Shown here: positions 28,901 through 42,648 of the stretch, in pieces
Layout: the number at the start of each line of letters is the position of its first letter
Numbering within the stretch: the stretch's first letter is position 1
NCBI GenBank assembly: GCA_012295275.1
Contig: CM022665.1
Coordinates: forward strand, 26,474,001 to 26,538,000
DNA: 64,000 nucleotides
Direction of reading: 5' to 3'
Origin: Chrysomallon squamiferum
Lineage: Eukaryota > Animalia > Mollusca
Notes under the pieces: model-generated
What the model was told of the DNA's origin: nothing
The model's database searches: none
Seen by the model: only the letters and a program-made list of their open reading frames with translations
Made by a program: the position numbers and the translations under genes

Positions 28901-30628
28901 TTTTCTCTGGCCATCTGTAGACCCTGACTTTCTAACTGACGAATCATCTCATCAGCAAGAGTCATATTCTTCCAGGTTCTGTGAGATAACATTATTACCA
29001 CATATCATTATTAATACTTATTATCAACTGGTTAACTGAGTACATTATGGACACACAGACATCCCCCATCACCAATCCACACACACACATTACAAATACA
29101 GAAAAAATGTTACTACATATATAGTAAACAAATTAAGAAAAATATCAGATTTTATATAGATCAAGTTGACACCCTCCTTGCCAAAAAAGAAAGAAAATAT
29201 TTAAAAAATCTGAACTGTGTAAATTATTAGACTTAATCAATATAAAATAAATAAACTTAGAAAAATATGACAGGTTTTTTTTTGTTTTATTGATATGTAA
29301 CCAATCCACAAAACAAAAACCTTAAACAAACCTATCTCTGTGTATGTGTGTGTATGTAAACTGTATAAATAAACTACTTTTAAACTTACACTCGTCTAGA
29401 CTTTTCCATGATTTCCATCCACTGTGATCTTTCATACTCACTCTCTGCTGCTAGGACTAGTTGTCCCTAAAATTAAAAATAAAGCCAGATAAATTTTAAC
29501 ACACAGATTCAATGGAAGCAAACTATTAATAGGATATCTGAACTTAACAGTTATAAATATAACATTCAAATTTCAAGTACAAAATGACCTCCCTACTAAA
29601 AAAAAAAAAAAAAAAGTATATATCTATATATATTTTTTTTTTTTAACAAACTAGAAAAAATTATATTGTATTGCATTAATATAATGCAAATTCTACAACT
29701 TTTGATGCAATTATTTATATAAAAGGTTCAGTTTCTGTGAACACAGATATATATATCTAATCCTTGTTTATGCCTTTATCAAATCCGTAATTAAAAAAAT
29801 AATAATTAAAACAATCTTTACCTCTTCTTACTAATTTAACCATACATTTTAATAAAATAACTAATAAACATTTTCTCTACAATGCTGTAATTAGAAAACA
29901 AAACAAATTAAACTGTTTTATTTTATCCTGTATATAACATTTTATTTTTAAAAACTGAGAACATTTTTTTTTCTATGAATGTATTACTAATACAAGAAAA
30001 TTATTGTTGTTTTTTTCATTTTGATCAAAAGATGCAAAAACAAACTACTCTATTTTTTTTTTTTTTTTTTTTTTTTTATAAATGTATAAGCCAGTATTGT
30101 TCCAGAATATTTATTATTTGTGTTGTCAAATTGTTTTCTGTAGGTTTCTTCATGTTATTATTATTTTTTTTTTTTGTTATCTGGGTTTTTTTGTTGTTTG
30201 TTTTCTTCTTTTTTGTGTTGTTTTTCTTAGTTTTGTAACTGTTTCCTTTTACTCAGGAAAATATTACATACATGTGCCTTGAATGCAGACATCTGGATTA
30301 ATTATGTTATTTTCCCTCAAAGCATGACATCATCAGCTTTAACTATATTACACAGACTTAATTTGTAACATGGTGGTCTTCACAAACAACAAAGACACTG
30401 TCCAACTATCTAATTACAGAGGTGTAGATACACAGCTTCTATAGAAAATTCTCAATTTAGCTTGCCCTATTTTAACTTTTTTTTATTTTTATTATTTTTT
30501 TTATTTGTTTAAGCAAACAGGTACATTTAAATGTGTCAGACAATTGTTTATCTGTGGTTTATCAGAAACTTAGTGAACAGGTGTGTCTTTAATTATGGTT
30601 ACCATGTTCTCAAGAGGAAAAATCAGAA

Positions 30629-30660
<32 letters not shown>

Positions 30661-33600
30661 CTCTCTCTCTCTCTCTCTCATTATAACTTCTGCTCTGATT
30701 ATATACAGTAAAATTGAAGAGCCTAATTTAAGATCTCCAGACATGTTTTATTTCTGTATGTTCTTCTTTGTTAGGTTTTTGTGTTTTAAATGTGGACAAA
30801 AGAACTTTGTTTCTGTCTGTGGTCATACATCTCTATAATTAGCAGAGGCAGAGAAATGTGTGATACAACTGTTTATCTTTGATTTATCAAAAACATAGTG
30901 AACAGGTGTGGTCTTTAATCATGGTCACCATGTACACAAGAGGAAATACCAGAAATTATTTTTGTTTTTTAAGTTAAAATGTGTAAATTAATGATGGAGT
31001 CATCGTGTACAAAAAAGGAAAAAGATGAAACAAAACAATCAAAAAAAAAAAAATAATAATAATAAAAAAAAGGGAGAAAATTTATTTTAAAAAATAAAAA
31101 TAAAACAATAATAATAATAATTTTAAAAGATTTTAAAAATAAAAATGGAATTGTAAAATTAAAACAGACAATGTAATATCCTCTCTGGTCATGTTTTCAC
31201 TTCCTATGCAATTACAGAGTTAAAGGTCACCTTATATCACACAATGACTGCTGTGAATTTGTAGATGGAAATTATATACTGACTGCTATCACACTGCTAG
31301 ATGGGTGTGCCTATAGCATCAGTTCTCTCTTCTGAAACTGATTGTACTGACAGTAAAGATAAAGTCATTTAGCTTCTTTGTTTACCTTCAGATTACTGCT
31401 TTACAGTTCAGTTTAGATCTGTAGATGGTTTTAATTTCGTTCTTTCTTACTCTTTTTTTCTTTGTTGAGGTATACATTTACACCCAGAGTAAAACATAAA
31501 AAACACTATTTCACAAGCTGTTTCACCTCAGAATATCTTTTTTTTTTTTAACTTTAATGAAAAACATAAAAAAATATTACTTGACAGGCTGAAATACCTT
31601 TAAGGTTGAATGACAGTGAGATTAAAAGATGATGTCAGCATCATATATTTTTTTTTAATTTTCATTATTTTTCTTGAAAATTCAAATAAAAATTTAAAAA
31701 CATAACTTCTGAGCATTAATCAGTAAATATTTCTCTTTTTTAAACTTTTAATAATACATCTGAAAAATAGTTATAATCTCACTTTTCCTTGGTCTGTTTT
31801 CTTTGTTACTGTATCTATTTTGACCCAAGTAAAAACAAAATGGTTTTATTACCAGGCTAAAGAACCCAGTGAAATTAATCTTCAGTGGGAATAGTAACTG
31901 AAACAAAATACAGTATAAAAGGCTGCGTATTTGTGAATAATTTTCAAATATCAACACAGCACAATGTAAAACTGCACCAAGTCTGAAAATGTCAACTACC
32001 AAATATAACAAAATGAACTGAATAACAGTACAGTACAGTGCAATGCAGAATAATATAATATGATATAATATATATTTATATGCCAAATCTATAAATCTTA
32101 TTTTCTTTAGATGTTTTTTCAAAAATTTCATTTTAAACATTAAAACAACTTTTTTTTATATATACATACACAATATGATAATTTTATTACTAGATTTAGT
32201 GGAATTCACATCTAGACAATTTTTAATAAATAAAATTCAGTACATAATTACTTACATTGACTTCTTGACTGTTAATCTCAATACAAAATGGATGTCCTGA
32301 TTCTTGGACTGCCTGGAAGGTACATTCACCCAAGGGAAAAATACCCTGAACAAAAATATTGATATATATATATTGGAAATAGGAAAATCTATACAAGCAT
32401 ACATAGATGCACATATACTTGTATATGTGAGGTGATGTTTTACTCAACAAACTTTGTTCCTTTTTAACATTAACACTCTCATACAGGTTCTTCTTCTATA
32501 TGTTTTAAGTAGATAAGATAATAAACAAACTATGGAAGTAATATTTAATATATAGATATTTCCATACTGTATTTGTAATACATATTAAACAAAATAAATG
32601 AATATGTTTCGTGGCAAGACATATTAAACTCAACTACAGTCTCAGCAACCACTTACATTCTACAAATCATATATATTTACACACACACACCCCCACACAC
32701 ACACACGTCCTATAAGATATATGTATTAGAACTGGAAGAGATAGATGTGCAGAATATTACTTGTTAGTTTTGTAGGCTGATAAAATTATCTATCTAGAAA
32801 CAATACAGTGAATACTGCTGTAAATTATTAATGTTCTACATTTTTTCCAGTAACATTTTATTTGTAGACATAAAGTTTTATGCTTATTTTTAGTTAGGTG
32901 TAGAGTGGTTTACCAGGCTGCTAACATGTCAGGTCATCAAATACAGTAATTTTACCTGTTCGTCCTGGATTTGGGTTAGCATGTACAACTAACAGGCATA
33001 TATTAATCTGTTACATAAACATATGCATGCTACTGACTTGTGGAGTTTTATACCAGGTGAAAATGGATTATTCAGAAATTAACTGCAAAATTTCTGATTA
33101 GTACTGAACAATGAATGCAAAATGCTATGACCATGCTGTCCATACATCCAACAGATTTCAGAAGTCTTTTATTAAAAGAATTTTTTTTAAAAGTTAACAA
33201 AATTTTTAGTAACCACACTCTGTCGTAAAGTATAATTCTAAATTTTATTGTAAATTACATAGTATTTACATGTGTTTTTGCTTATTAATTAAACAACAGC
33301 TATAGGATATTCATATAAGATTAACACACACACATACTCAGTATTATAAATGTATCATAAATATACCTTTGGATGAATATTGAAGTGCTGACGTCTATCA
33401 AATTCTTTTCTTTCACCTTCACAGTAGTAGAATAAAAACCCATCTTTTACCATGAAAAATCTGAAACACAAGCAAGCATCTCACTACAAGTACAGAAAAA
33501 AGGAATTAGAATTAATGTGTTATTATTTAATTTATTTTTTAAATATGTTTATTTTGTCCACCAGTTCATACTTATAATTTAACAAAGAAAAGAATAACTG

Positions 33601-33677
33601 TGGCAAAATGAATATTTTAAGGTGTTTTTTGTTTTTGCTGAATTGAGTTTTCTGATGTTAAATATGCTTTAAATATC

Positions 33678-33709
<32 letters not shown>

Positions 33710-36700
33710 TAATCAGTTAAAATAAATACAATATATTTAAAATTATCTTTCTCCTGATTATTTGATTACTACTGAAAACTGGATGCATTAAGGTAGCACC
33801 ATGTTGTCCATATATTCTACTGCGTTATAAGTAACATTTTCTTGTTTGACAGGTCTTTTATTAAAACAAATTTGCAAGTTAAATAATCAGCTCTGTGCCC
33901 CTTTCTACTTTCAACCTACATATACAAAATAAACCTACTGTCTATTCAATCCATGAACCAATGAACAAAAGTACTGTAAATAGATTTCTAATTAATGTTT
34001 GGAAAATGTTATACAGTGGCTGTTTAACTTAAATTACTACAGCAGTTTAATTACAGGTAGCTGAAGTATTAGGTGAGTCTAACATTCCAGATGAAATGTG
34101 TTTTGTTACAAAGGAAAAAATGGGGAATGCAACATTTTATATTCTTTCTCGCCATTACATTTACTAAAATGTTCTAATAATAATACCTACAAAAGCATGC
34201 AGTATATCTGGATTACCTCTTTATTTTAAGACAATGAATATTATCCTGTAACTTTACAGTTTATTTATTACATACATGTCAAAACAAATAACTGCATAAA
34301 CACAATAATAAGCATGTACATTCTATTCTGACTATAGTGTCACTCTTAAGTATTCCCACTCAAGCTGTGTTAATTTTGAGTGAAATGAAATGGTGGTCAG
34401 CTAGTTATATTTATACCAGACCACCATTTAATGTCTTTTTGGAGAAGGTGCATGCTTCAAAGAGGGTTTTTTTAGGAATCTTTCCAGTACATTTGCTCCA
34501 CATCTGCTGAAATTCATCAACATGGAGCACTGGATGTTTAAACTGGGGTCAAATCAATGTCCAGCATTCCAGAAAACAGAACACCTGCCTGGACTGAGAT
34601 TTTTGAGAGAACACACTGCTTTAATGTTTTGTTGGTAAACATTCAACAGAGCATATGATCAATGTGTCAGCTGGACTGTTAAGAGTTTATTTTACAAAAT
34701 CCTGCTTAATACAATTACAGGAAAAACTGCACGAAGCTATAGTAGACACAAAATGATAAATAATTTTTATTAAATTTGTTTAACAGTGAAATAAAATATA
34801 TAAAATTAATTTAAAAATATATAAAAAGTATGAAATAAGTACCAGTACTGACATTACACACACACACACATATGTATGTACCATATTAATTTCTATTTGC
34901 ATTCAATTGTCATAATCAAAAATAATATTTGAAAATATTTAAATTTAATTGAATATGCAATAACAAGTAGTACAGCTTGGTGTCAATAGAGAACATAAAT
35001 AATAAAATTATCATGAAAGTCAATGCTTATAACTGTTATTTATCTTCTTCTGTGAATACATCGTTATCAAATGTAAATTATTAAATAAATTTCTGTTAAA
35101 GAAACCAGAAGTAGAGAGGAAAATATTAAATAGATAAATGTTCTGAATGAGCAAAGCAAGAAGAAATAACAAATTTTAACTGACATTAGATTAGTTAACA
35201 TGTATGTATGTATGTATACACCGACACACACACTAGTTAATCTCATGTCAATAAAATTTCTATATAAAAAACAAACTCTAAATACCCTAGTTACCTTTGT
35301 AGCTACTGTTTAAAATAAAGACAGAAGATATTGGGAAATTGTTTAAATATTATATTTAAAATGTTTATTGAAAACATATCTACAAAATTTATAATTGAAA
35401 AAAAAGACACAAATATATAAAAGAAGGAACACAACATAATCATGACTATCATATTTAATCTAAATGGTGTGGTTTTTTTTGGGGGGGGGGGTTATTGTTG
35501 TTTTTTAACAAATAAAGAATAAAAGATATTTTCAATAAACACATTTAGTTCCAGAGTTCAGTTTCATTAAAGTTCTGTTATTTTTCTTTTTATTTCTTTC
35601 AGAAATTACTTTTTACAACCTTTGTCCTTTGTTATTCTAATATTTTACAAATGAAATAGATGTCACACTGACTTTAAACAGATGAAAAAGTGCACAATCG
35701 AAAGTTGAATATATTCACTTTTAATAAATGTTTTAACAATTTTCACATTTTCTTTTTTTATAATGAATTTGAGGCAAACAAAATGCCAGTGTCTACCTTT
35801 TAGATAAAAAAAACAAATATAGTGTTTATTTAAGAGTGTATTCATTTTCATCAGTGAACAACAAGGAAGTACTATTAACTTCCTTGGTGCACAAATAACT
35901 TGACCCACAAAAACGCTGGGATATGCATTATTAAGATAAGAAAACTACAGAATATTTTTTATTTAAAAATTTAAGTTTTTGTTTTGTTTGTTTTTTCCCC
36001 CAAATTTTATTATTTCAGATTTATTTTTAAGTTATATAGTACACAATTATATAGAATGTTTTAGTGTTATACTTCAGTTATATATAAAACCAAACCTGTG
36101 CATACAAATACTATCAGTAATTATAAACAGTAATCTTCCACAACAATATTTTTGTTAAAAACAAAACAGAAGTTGAGTATAACGTGACATAATGGTTATA
36201 CAGACCATGACCAGTGTAATGTAGTAACAACATGTGATGCAAAAACAAAATTCAGTTTAACATTATTTTTTTGTTTATGTCATGATGTAATTTATTAATT
36301 AAGTTTGCAAAAATATTTTATTACTACTGGCTATTATTATAATTATGACAAAGTGCACTGTGATAATCATTAAATCATAACACCTTTTGTAATATCTCTG
36401 TTAATCAGAACATCCTGTTGTTTTAATGAAATGTTAGCTTTCAACCATTCAACACATATTTTAACATGATGATTAACACATTATTTAGCCTTTGAATAAT
36501 GTCAAACAAAAATTAAAGGTTTGGTTCCTGTTTTTATTAGATCAGGTTTGAGATCAGTTATATTTATAGTTATAGTACTTGAAAATATATCACACTGTCA
36601 GTTTTCTTTTGTATTTCCCACTCCAACCAGTATTAACACAATATACAAACTTTATAGTTTTTAAAGAAAACTGAAAAGTAAGAATATCAAAAAGTTCTCA

Positions 36701-37288
36701 TACACAAACAATATAATTATATAAGCAACAGTTGAGGGGGGACATTATTCAGCAGTTTAATGTGAGTTTCTTAATAACTATTTTCTTCTTCTTTTTAATT
36801 TTTTTTTTTTTTTTTTTTTTTTAAATGCAATTTATAATAGTATTTGTAAAAAGTTAACAGCATCAAACATTATGATGGTATGAATTACATATATAATCTT
36901 CATGACATGAAAATCTGTAGACATGGTCACGATTGTGTTCATTGAATTCTGCATATATTTCCTACAAGTTGTTAAAAAAGTATGCTATGGTCATAATCAT
37001 GATAATGGTGTGAATTTATGAGGGATCAAATATGCGTTTGATTTATATATTTCTTCACCTATCATCAAAACCTTGCAAAAGCACACATACACTACATACG
37101 ATACGATGGATTTCTGTTTATAGCACTGAGGACAATATATAGCTGAATATGATGTATCTGTACACTTACCTTCTTGCCCACTTGCTCGACTTGTGTCCAA
37201 AAGGTCTTTTACACAGACTTCCATAAATTTGTATTCTTGACGCCCAATCTCCTCGTTTACACTGAACTTCTGGCATATTGTTGTTCAT
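16345..37288 (-). CDS. PLEKHD1: Pleckstrin homology domain-containing family D member 1-like (N-terminal PH domain + long coiled coil), 14 exons, ~483 aa
   Basis: Exons: 37288-37170, 33460-33367, 32345-32256, 29466-29390, 28978-28887, 28414-28362, 28053-27959, 27646-27553, 26965-26805, 26208-26118, 25653-25612, 25024-24874, 24541-24404, 16499-16345. Total 1452 nt, all phases consistent. Translation includes IQIYGSLCKRPFGHKSSKWARRFF..FNIHPKGIFPLG..LAAESEYERSQW..VTWKN..LESQGLQMAREKQ..EVKARLAAEKRLQEAEGSL..FFE..KPIIMRN, colinear with vertebrate PLEKHD1. Confidence 0.92.
21610..22100 (-). mobile_element. Decayed Tc1-like (DD34E-type) transposase fragment in the last PLEKHD1 intron
   Basis: The minus strand gives IFFVNESRFN, YKDEVL, LQHDNTKPHMAKLT, VLPRPD, TLQQLE..IPQDFIIRVICSM..HGGQTQY across frameshifts and stops. 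These correspond to the FSDESRF / QQDNARPH / WPSPD / GGHTRY motifs of Tc1. Confidence 0.75.
22603..22871 (+). mobile_element. pogo/Tigger-type MITE (~269 bp)
   Basis: Imperfect terminal inverted repeats CATGTTGAAGATCCCTTATCTGA and (reverse complement) TAGGTTGTGGATCCTTTATCTCA, with TA on both sides. Confidence 0.65.
23427..23570. repeat. ~29-bp minisatellite, about 5 degenerate copies
   Basis: A unit like aaatttgaaacttgtataataataaattat is repeated in tandem. Confidence 0.6.
28590..28910 (-). repeat. 67-75-bp tandem array copying the 3' end of PLEKHD1 exon 5 and its splice donor (5 units)
   Basis: The core tttcttaccaaagtaatcctgtttttctctgg recurs with the exon-end/donor junction at 28887, 28820, 28753 (donor mutated), 28684 and 28609. 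Confidence 0.85.
30530..30957 (+). repeat. Pair of ~100-bp diverged direct repeats (30530-30630, 30855-30957)
   Basis: The string atgtg..caa.tgtttatct.tg.tttatca.aaac.tagtgaacaggtgtg..tctttaat.atggt.accatgt...caagaggaaa...cagaaat occurs twice. Confidence 0.7.
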
Positions 37289-37289
37289 G

Positions 37290-37651
37290 TCAATAACAGC
37301 ATTTCCAACAACTATTTTAAATTAGTCATAATACCATATCGCAACTTGAACTCCGTGTTTAGACAAACTGGCGTATCCTATCCAGACTGGATACTAAACC
37401 TTTCACTTCCCTGTTGCTTTTTTACCTAAGGACCGATTTACAAATATACTACGCCAATTTGTAACGAATGTGCCAGTCACTGATTTTATTTCGTTTCGTT
37501 TGTGTTTTATTTTTATTTAAGTTATTAAGTAACTAAGTATGTAAATAAGTAAGTAAATAAATAAATAAATAAATAAAACTTAAGTATTATTTCATTCTTC
37601 TTATAACTGAAATAGCAACAACAACAATAACAATAACAATAAGTGAATAAC

Positions 37652-37682
<31 letters not shown>

Positions 37683-38460
37683 TGTTACCTTTACATCTAA
37701 ATATTACAATTGAAGAGAAAAATGGTAACATGAACTTAATCACATTTCTAATAATCCTTTCCGAATAATTCTGGAGCACTTTTGTATTTTTACACAATAA
37801 GTCGATATATAGATTTATTTGATTAAAAAATAATTTTAATTTATGTGCAGACATGAAAGTCGAAATATATCAGTTTTATTTATTTCTCGCATACAATATG
37901 ATCACAGTTAATTGTTTTGCAAATGAATATAATTCAGTTAAATTATAAACCGAAATTATTTTTGTAATACTGTTTTGCTTTCTCATTATTATTTTAAGAC
38001 AAAGGTACATACGTAGTTAAGTAATATAATATTTTTTGTAACATAATTATAATACATTAAATACTCATATTTAATTTCGAACTCACGTTATCTTTATTCA
38101 TTAGTTTCCTTTTTCTAAAATAAACATTAGGTGATAAAATATATTTTTATAAGAATTTTTTGAAGTATTAACATCATCATCGAAGCAAAATTAAATAAAT
38201 ATAATAATAAATAAAAACACAAAAAACCCACAAACAAACAAAACAAAACCGACTGATAAAATATTTTTACCCATTTGTAAATCAAATATCTATTAAGAAT
38301 TGCTTGGTTTAGGGTCAGTTTTCATGATTCGGATTTCGACCTGTAAAGTGTGGTCATATGTAAAACAAGCTTTGAGTGAAAAGTGCGTCTGAGTCGTCGG
38401 CGCCTTTGTGTTCATTTCAGAAATTTCAGAAATTTTGAAAGAAAATCGACGATTTTAGTG
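37290..38460. promoter_or_regulatory. Probable divergent promoter region shared by PLEKHD1 (-) and HDAC1 copy A (+)
   Basis: CpG-retaining patches at ~37240-37500 and ~38320-38460 sit between CpG-depleted gene bodies. A candidate non-coding exon ends at the donor TTA|GTGAGT (38457/38458), and an acceptor lies at 41080, just before the HDAC ATG. Confidence 0.5.
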
Positions 38461-41109
38461 AGTTAAAGATAGGATACATTTATAATATTATGTCTTATTT
38501 GATATTACACATGTTTCTTTTGTATTTTTCAGTGATTGTTGCAATTAGATGCCGAATTTGAAGCCTTTTCAGAGAATTTTTTTTTTTCAAATAACACGAC
38601 TAGTCAGCGAATATTAGAATGCTTAACACTTTTTATTCCAAAAGATAAATATGTGAAAATTGTATGTGAAGCTTACAATATAATATCAACATTTAAATAC
38701 GCAAATAGCGTTTTAGATAAACAGGTAAAAAAAATAAATAATAATGCATCGTTTTAGACTGGTCACTACTATTCCAGAACTAGCGCCTAATCTTTGTAGA
38801 CTAGTGTTCTAGGCTTTCAAATCCTTTGTCAGGTTTGCCATTAAGGAGAATTTGTAATAGGTTAACAGTTTCTTGAAAATAGTATGCATGCCTTCTGTGA
38901 AATATATTGTACATCAGTTGACAACTTAATATTACATTTGATAATACATTTGATGGTATTTTAAAAGCTAACCATTAAACTTGATTAAGAATATGCCTAT
39001 TGAGACATGGTCAGTTCAGCACTGGAACATCAAAATATCATGGCAGACCAGAATCCATGAAGCTTAATGACATATTTGAGAATGAATTGACTTATTCTTC
39101 TTAAATTACTTGTATATCTTACATAAGAATGATGAAAAAAGATGTCCCTAATGTTACATTTGTAATTTTCATCCATAACTGTCTTGAGTCTGATCACTTG
39201 AGATTTCAAAATCATAAAAATGGCCATTTGTTTACAAATCGAACAAGAACATGCTGTTGTATTCAGTAATGATTTAATTTTTATAGGTCATTCAACAAAA
39301 TTTTGTTTTACTTTTCAGGGTTTGGTTTTGTCCATAAAAAATGTTGAAATGTAGCAGTTTTCAGCCACACACCTTTATTGTCTTCAACAGTGTTTAATTT
39401 GACAAAAATAAGCACTTATTTATGGATTTGAAATAGCTGTTATGTCCTTAATTTGAAATAGCTGTTACGTCCATGGCTGTGTTCTGAACCCTCAATTTTA
39501 TAAATATTGCTATTGTTTTTCTAACTTTATCTCTCATGTTGTTTGGTTGACTAATTCATGGGATACATTTTATATAAATTAACTATCACACTTCAATACT
39601 TCATCTTTTCACCAGATATTAAAGATGAAAGTATCGAAATGAGAAAAAAGTCCCTGCTTTCTAAACTGATACCGAAATCAAAATTTTTTATTTGTTTACA
39701 AAATATCATTAGAATATATTAAATATTAAGCCTACTAAAAAACAACAGTAAAGGCATAATGGTATAAAATTAATGCCTTAATTCCAAAATTAAATTTAAA
39801 ACTTGTACAACTGTATTAAATAAATATTGTGATGTACTTATTTGTATCAAAGAAAACTGTTAATCCACTGGCGATGCATAGATGTTCAGAAGCCATACCT
39901 GAGTGTATCTGAAGACAGGGATATAATTTTAGTTCAGTAAATGGAAGACACATTTTATAAGTAGAAAATCAAAGGAGAAGCTAGATGCAGTAACTTTGGG
40001 ACCAAAACATTTCAAAATTGTTAATTTAAAATGTGCCTATAGCAGAACATTTTTTAGAAAGCAAATCTGTCTGCTCTGTGATGCTGTTTGTGATAACATC
40101 ACAACTACTAAAAAATGGTGGTTTTTTCTAATTCAAAATTGTGTTTTTGAGGAATTTATTTAAATTCTTAATAATGAAATGATTTAATTCAGTAATAAAT
40201 GTTCAAACTACATAATTTAATATTTACTTCCAAAACAGTTTGTGGTGTTTTTTTGTGACAGTATCCAAAAAGTAGATGCATAATGTAGATCTTATCATTT
40301 CATGATTCATGCAGCATTTCACATGAAGTAACAAACTGCAGCCAATTCTGTAAAATAAAAGAATAAAAATGTAGTAAATAATAAAAACCATCAAAAGCAA
40401 CAACTGAATAACATACTAAAATATATCCTGCGTTTTTTATTTTTTAAACTTTTTTTTTTTCATCTCCATTTGGCACTGTTCAGATGTATTTTTAACAATG
40501 TTTATTGTAATAGTAGAAGCAGAAATTTTATCAGTCAGAAATTAAGGTTGGGTTAGATTTTGAAAACATCATTGGCAGATTTCAACTACTAAAAGTGACA
40601 TACTAAACAAATGTAATGTTAAACAATTGTCACGATTGAAACCATCATTAACTAATGGGAGGTAACTGTTGAAACTCCAATATCAAAAACATTTTATTTA
40701 ATCTTGTAATTCACATGACATGACTTAAAAGAAATAAATACAAATTTTAGTGATAATTTCAAAGATAATTCTTGACCAAGTTAATTTTATCCTGATATGG
40801 AACCAAAAATGCACTTGAATGTTTTCCAGATATTTCATATATTCAACACATGTTTTGGATGTTTTTTATATATTTAGTTTAAGAATTTAAAATCTGTTAC
40901 TTTTTTCTTTCTTTTTTCAAATTAACAGTAGTATTAATATTTGAGTTTATGTGTGTTGCTATGTGTGCTCTGATTAAGTTTTGTTTTATTAAGCTTTATC
41001 TAATTTTAAAAATAGTTTTACTTATTGAAGGATTCTTCTGCAATCACGTGTATTTTATTTAATTTCTTTTTTTATTTAAGATTTTGAACACTTCATCTGA
41101 GATTTCAAA

Positions 41110-42648
41110 ATGACCACACAACCTCACAAGAAAAAAGTGTGTTACTATTATGATGGAGATATTGGAAATTACTACTATGGGCAGGGCCATCCCATGAAGC
41201 CCCACAGAATACGAATGACACACAACCTGATTTTAAATTATGGCCTGTACAGGAAAATGGAGATATATCGACCTCACAAAGCCACTGCTGAAGAGATGAC
41301 AAAGTTTCACAGTGACGACTATATCAAATTTCTTAGAAGCATTCGTCCTGACAACATGTCTGAATACAACAAGCAGATGCAGAGGTTTAATGTTGGCGAA
41401 GATTGTCCAGTCTTTGATGGCATGTATGAGTTCTGCCAGCTGTCAACAGGTGGTTCTGTAGCAGGAGCCGTCAAACTGAACAAACAAGCAGCTGACATTG
41501 CTGTCAACTGGGCAGGTGGTCTTCACCATGCCAAGAAATCGGAAGCTTCTGGTTTCTGCTATGTCAATGACATTGTTCTTGCTATCCTGGAATTGTTGAA
41601 GTATCATCAACGAGTGTTGTATGTTGACATTGACATTCACCATGGTGATGGTGTTGAGGAAGCTTTCTACACAACTGACAGAGTGATGACAGTATCATTC
41701 CACAAGTATGGGGAGTACTTCCCAGGAACCGGTGATTTACGAGACATTGGTGCTGGTAAAGGAAAATACTACGCAGTAAATTTCCCACTACGTGATGGTA
41801 TTGATGATGAATCTTTTGAACAGATTTTCAAGCCTGTTGTGACTAAGGTAATGGAGACATATCAACCTAGCGCAATTGTCCTTCAGTGTGGAGCAGATTC
41901 ACTTTCTGGAGACAGATTAGGCTGCTTCAATATTACCCTTAAAGGTCATGGAAAGTGTGTTGAATACATGAAGAAATGGAATCTTCCCATACTGCTTTTA
42001 GGTGGTGGAGGCTACACAATAAGAAATGTTGCTAGATGCTGGGCCTTTGAAACATCTGCTGCTCTAGGTGTTGAAATAGCCAATGAATTGCCATACAATG
42101 ATTATTTTGAATACTATGGGCCAGACTTCAAGCTTCATATCAGTCCCTCAAACATGGCTAACCAGAATACACCAGAGTATTTGGACAAAATCAAAACTAG
42201 ACTGTTTGAAAATCTAAGGATGTTGCCCCATGCACCTGGAGTACAGATGCAGGCAATCCCTGAAGATGCTGTACCAGATGATAGTGAAGATGAGGACAAA
42301 GAAAATCCCGATGAACGTGTTTCCATGAGAGCCAGTGACAAAAGAATTGCTTGTGATGAAGAATTTTCTGACAGTGACGATGAGGGAGAAGGTGGCCGAT
42401 GTAATAGGCAGAACTACAAGCCAAAATCTAAGAGACCACGCACAGAAGAGGAAAAAAAAGAAGCTGAAAAATTAGCTGAATCAAAAGAAATAAAGAAGGA
42501 TCAAGAATCAAAGGAAGAAATTAAGCCAGCTGCTGATGAAACTGAAGAGAAGATAGAAGAAAACAAAACTGAGATGTCTAAGACTCCAACTGAAATACAA
42601 GCTGGTGATGCTAAAGAACAGACTAACTCTCAGGAACCTCAGAAATAG
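41110..42648 (+). CDS. HDAC1: Histone deacetylase 1/2 (class I, Rpd3 family), copy A, 512 aa, intronless CDS
   Basis: Near-canonical sequence: [39 protein letters not shown], and a tail with [13 protein letters not shown] and KRPR. Confidence 0.97.
   Translation: MTTQPHKKKVCYYYDGDIGNYYYGQGHPMKPHRIRMTHNLILNYGLYRKMEIYRPHKATAEEMTKFHSDDYIKFLRSIRPDNMSEYNKQMQRFNVGEDCPVFDGMYEFCQLSTGGSVAGAVKLNKQAADIAVNWAGGLHHAKKSEASGFCYVNDIVLAILELLKYHQRVLYVDIDIHHGDGVEEAFYTTDRVMTVSFHKYGEYFPGTGDLRDIGAGKGKYYAVNFPLRDGIDDESFEQIFKPVVTKVMETYQPSAIVLQCGADSLSGDRLGCFNITLKGHGKCVEYMKKWNLPILLLGGGGYTIRNVARCWAFETSAALGVEIANELPYNDYFEYYGPDFKLHISPSNMANQNTPEYLDKIKTRLFENLRMLPHAPGVQMQAIPEDAVPDDSEDEDKENPDERVSMRASDKRIACDEEFSDSDDEGEGGRCNRQNYKPKSKRPRTEEEKKEAEKLAESKEIKKDQESKEEIKPAADETEEKIEENKTEMSKTPTEIQAGDAKEQTNSQEPQK

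Noticed and set aside
28590-28910. CRISPR-like appearance of the 67-bp array
   Set aside because: The inter-repeat segments are homologous to each other, the context is a eukaryotic intron, and there are no cas genes.
34410-34570. GC-richer patch in PLEKHD1 intron 1 as an alternative first coding exon
   Set aside because: The candidate donor does not give a phase compatible with exon 2 without creating a stop.
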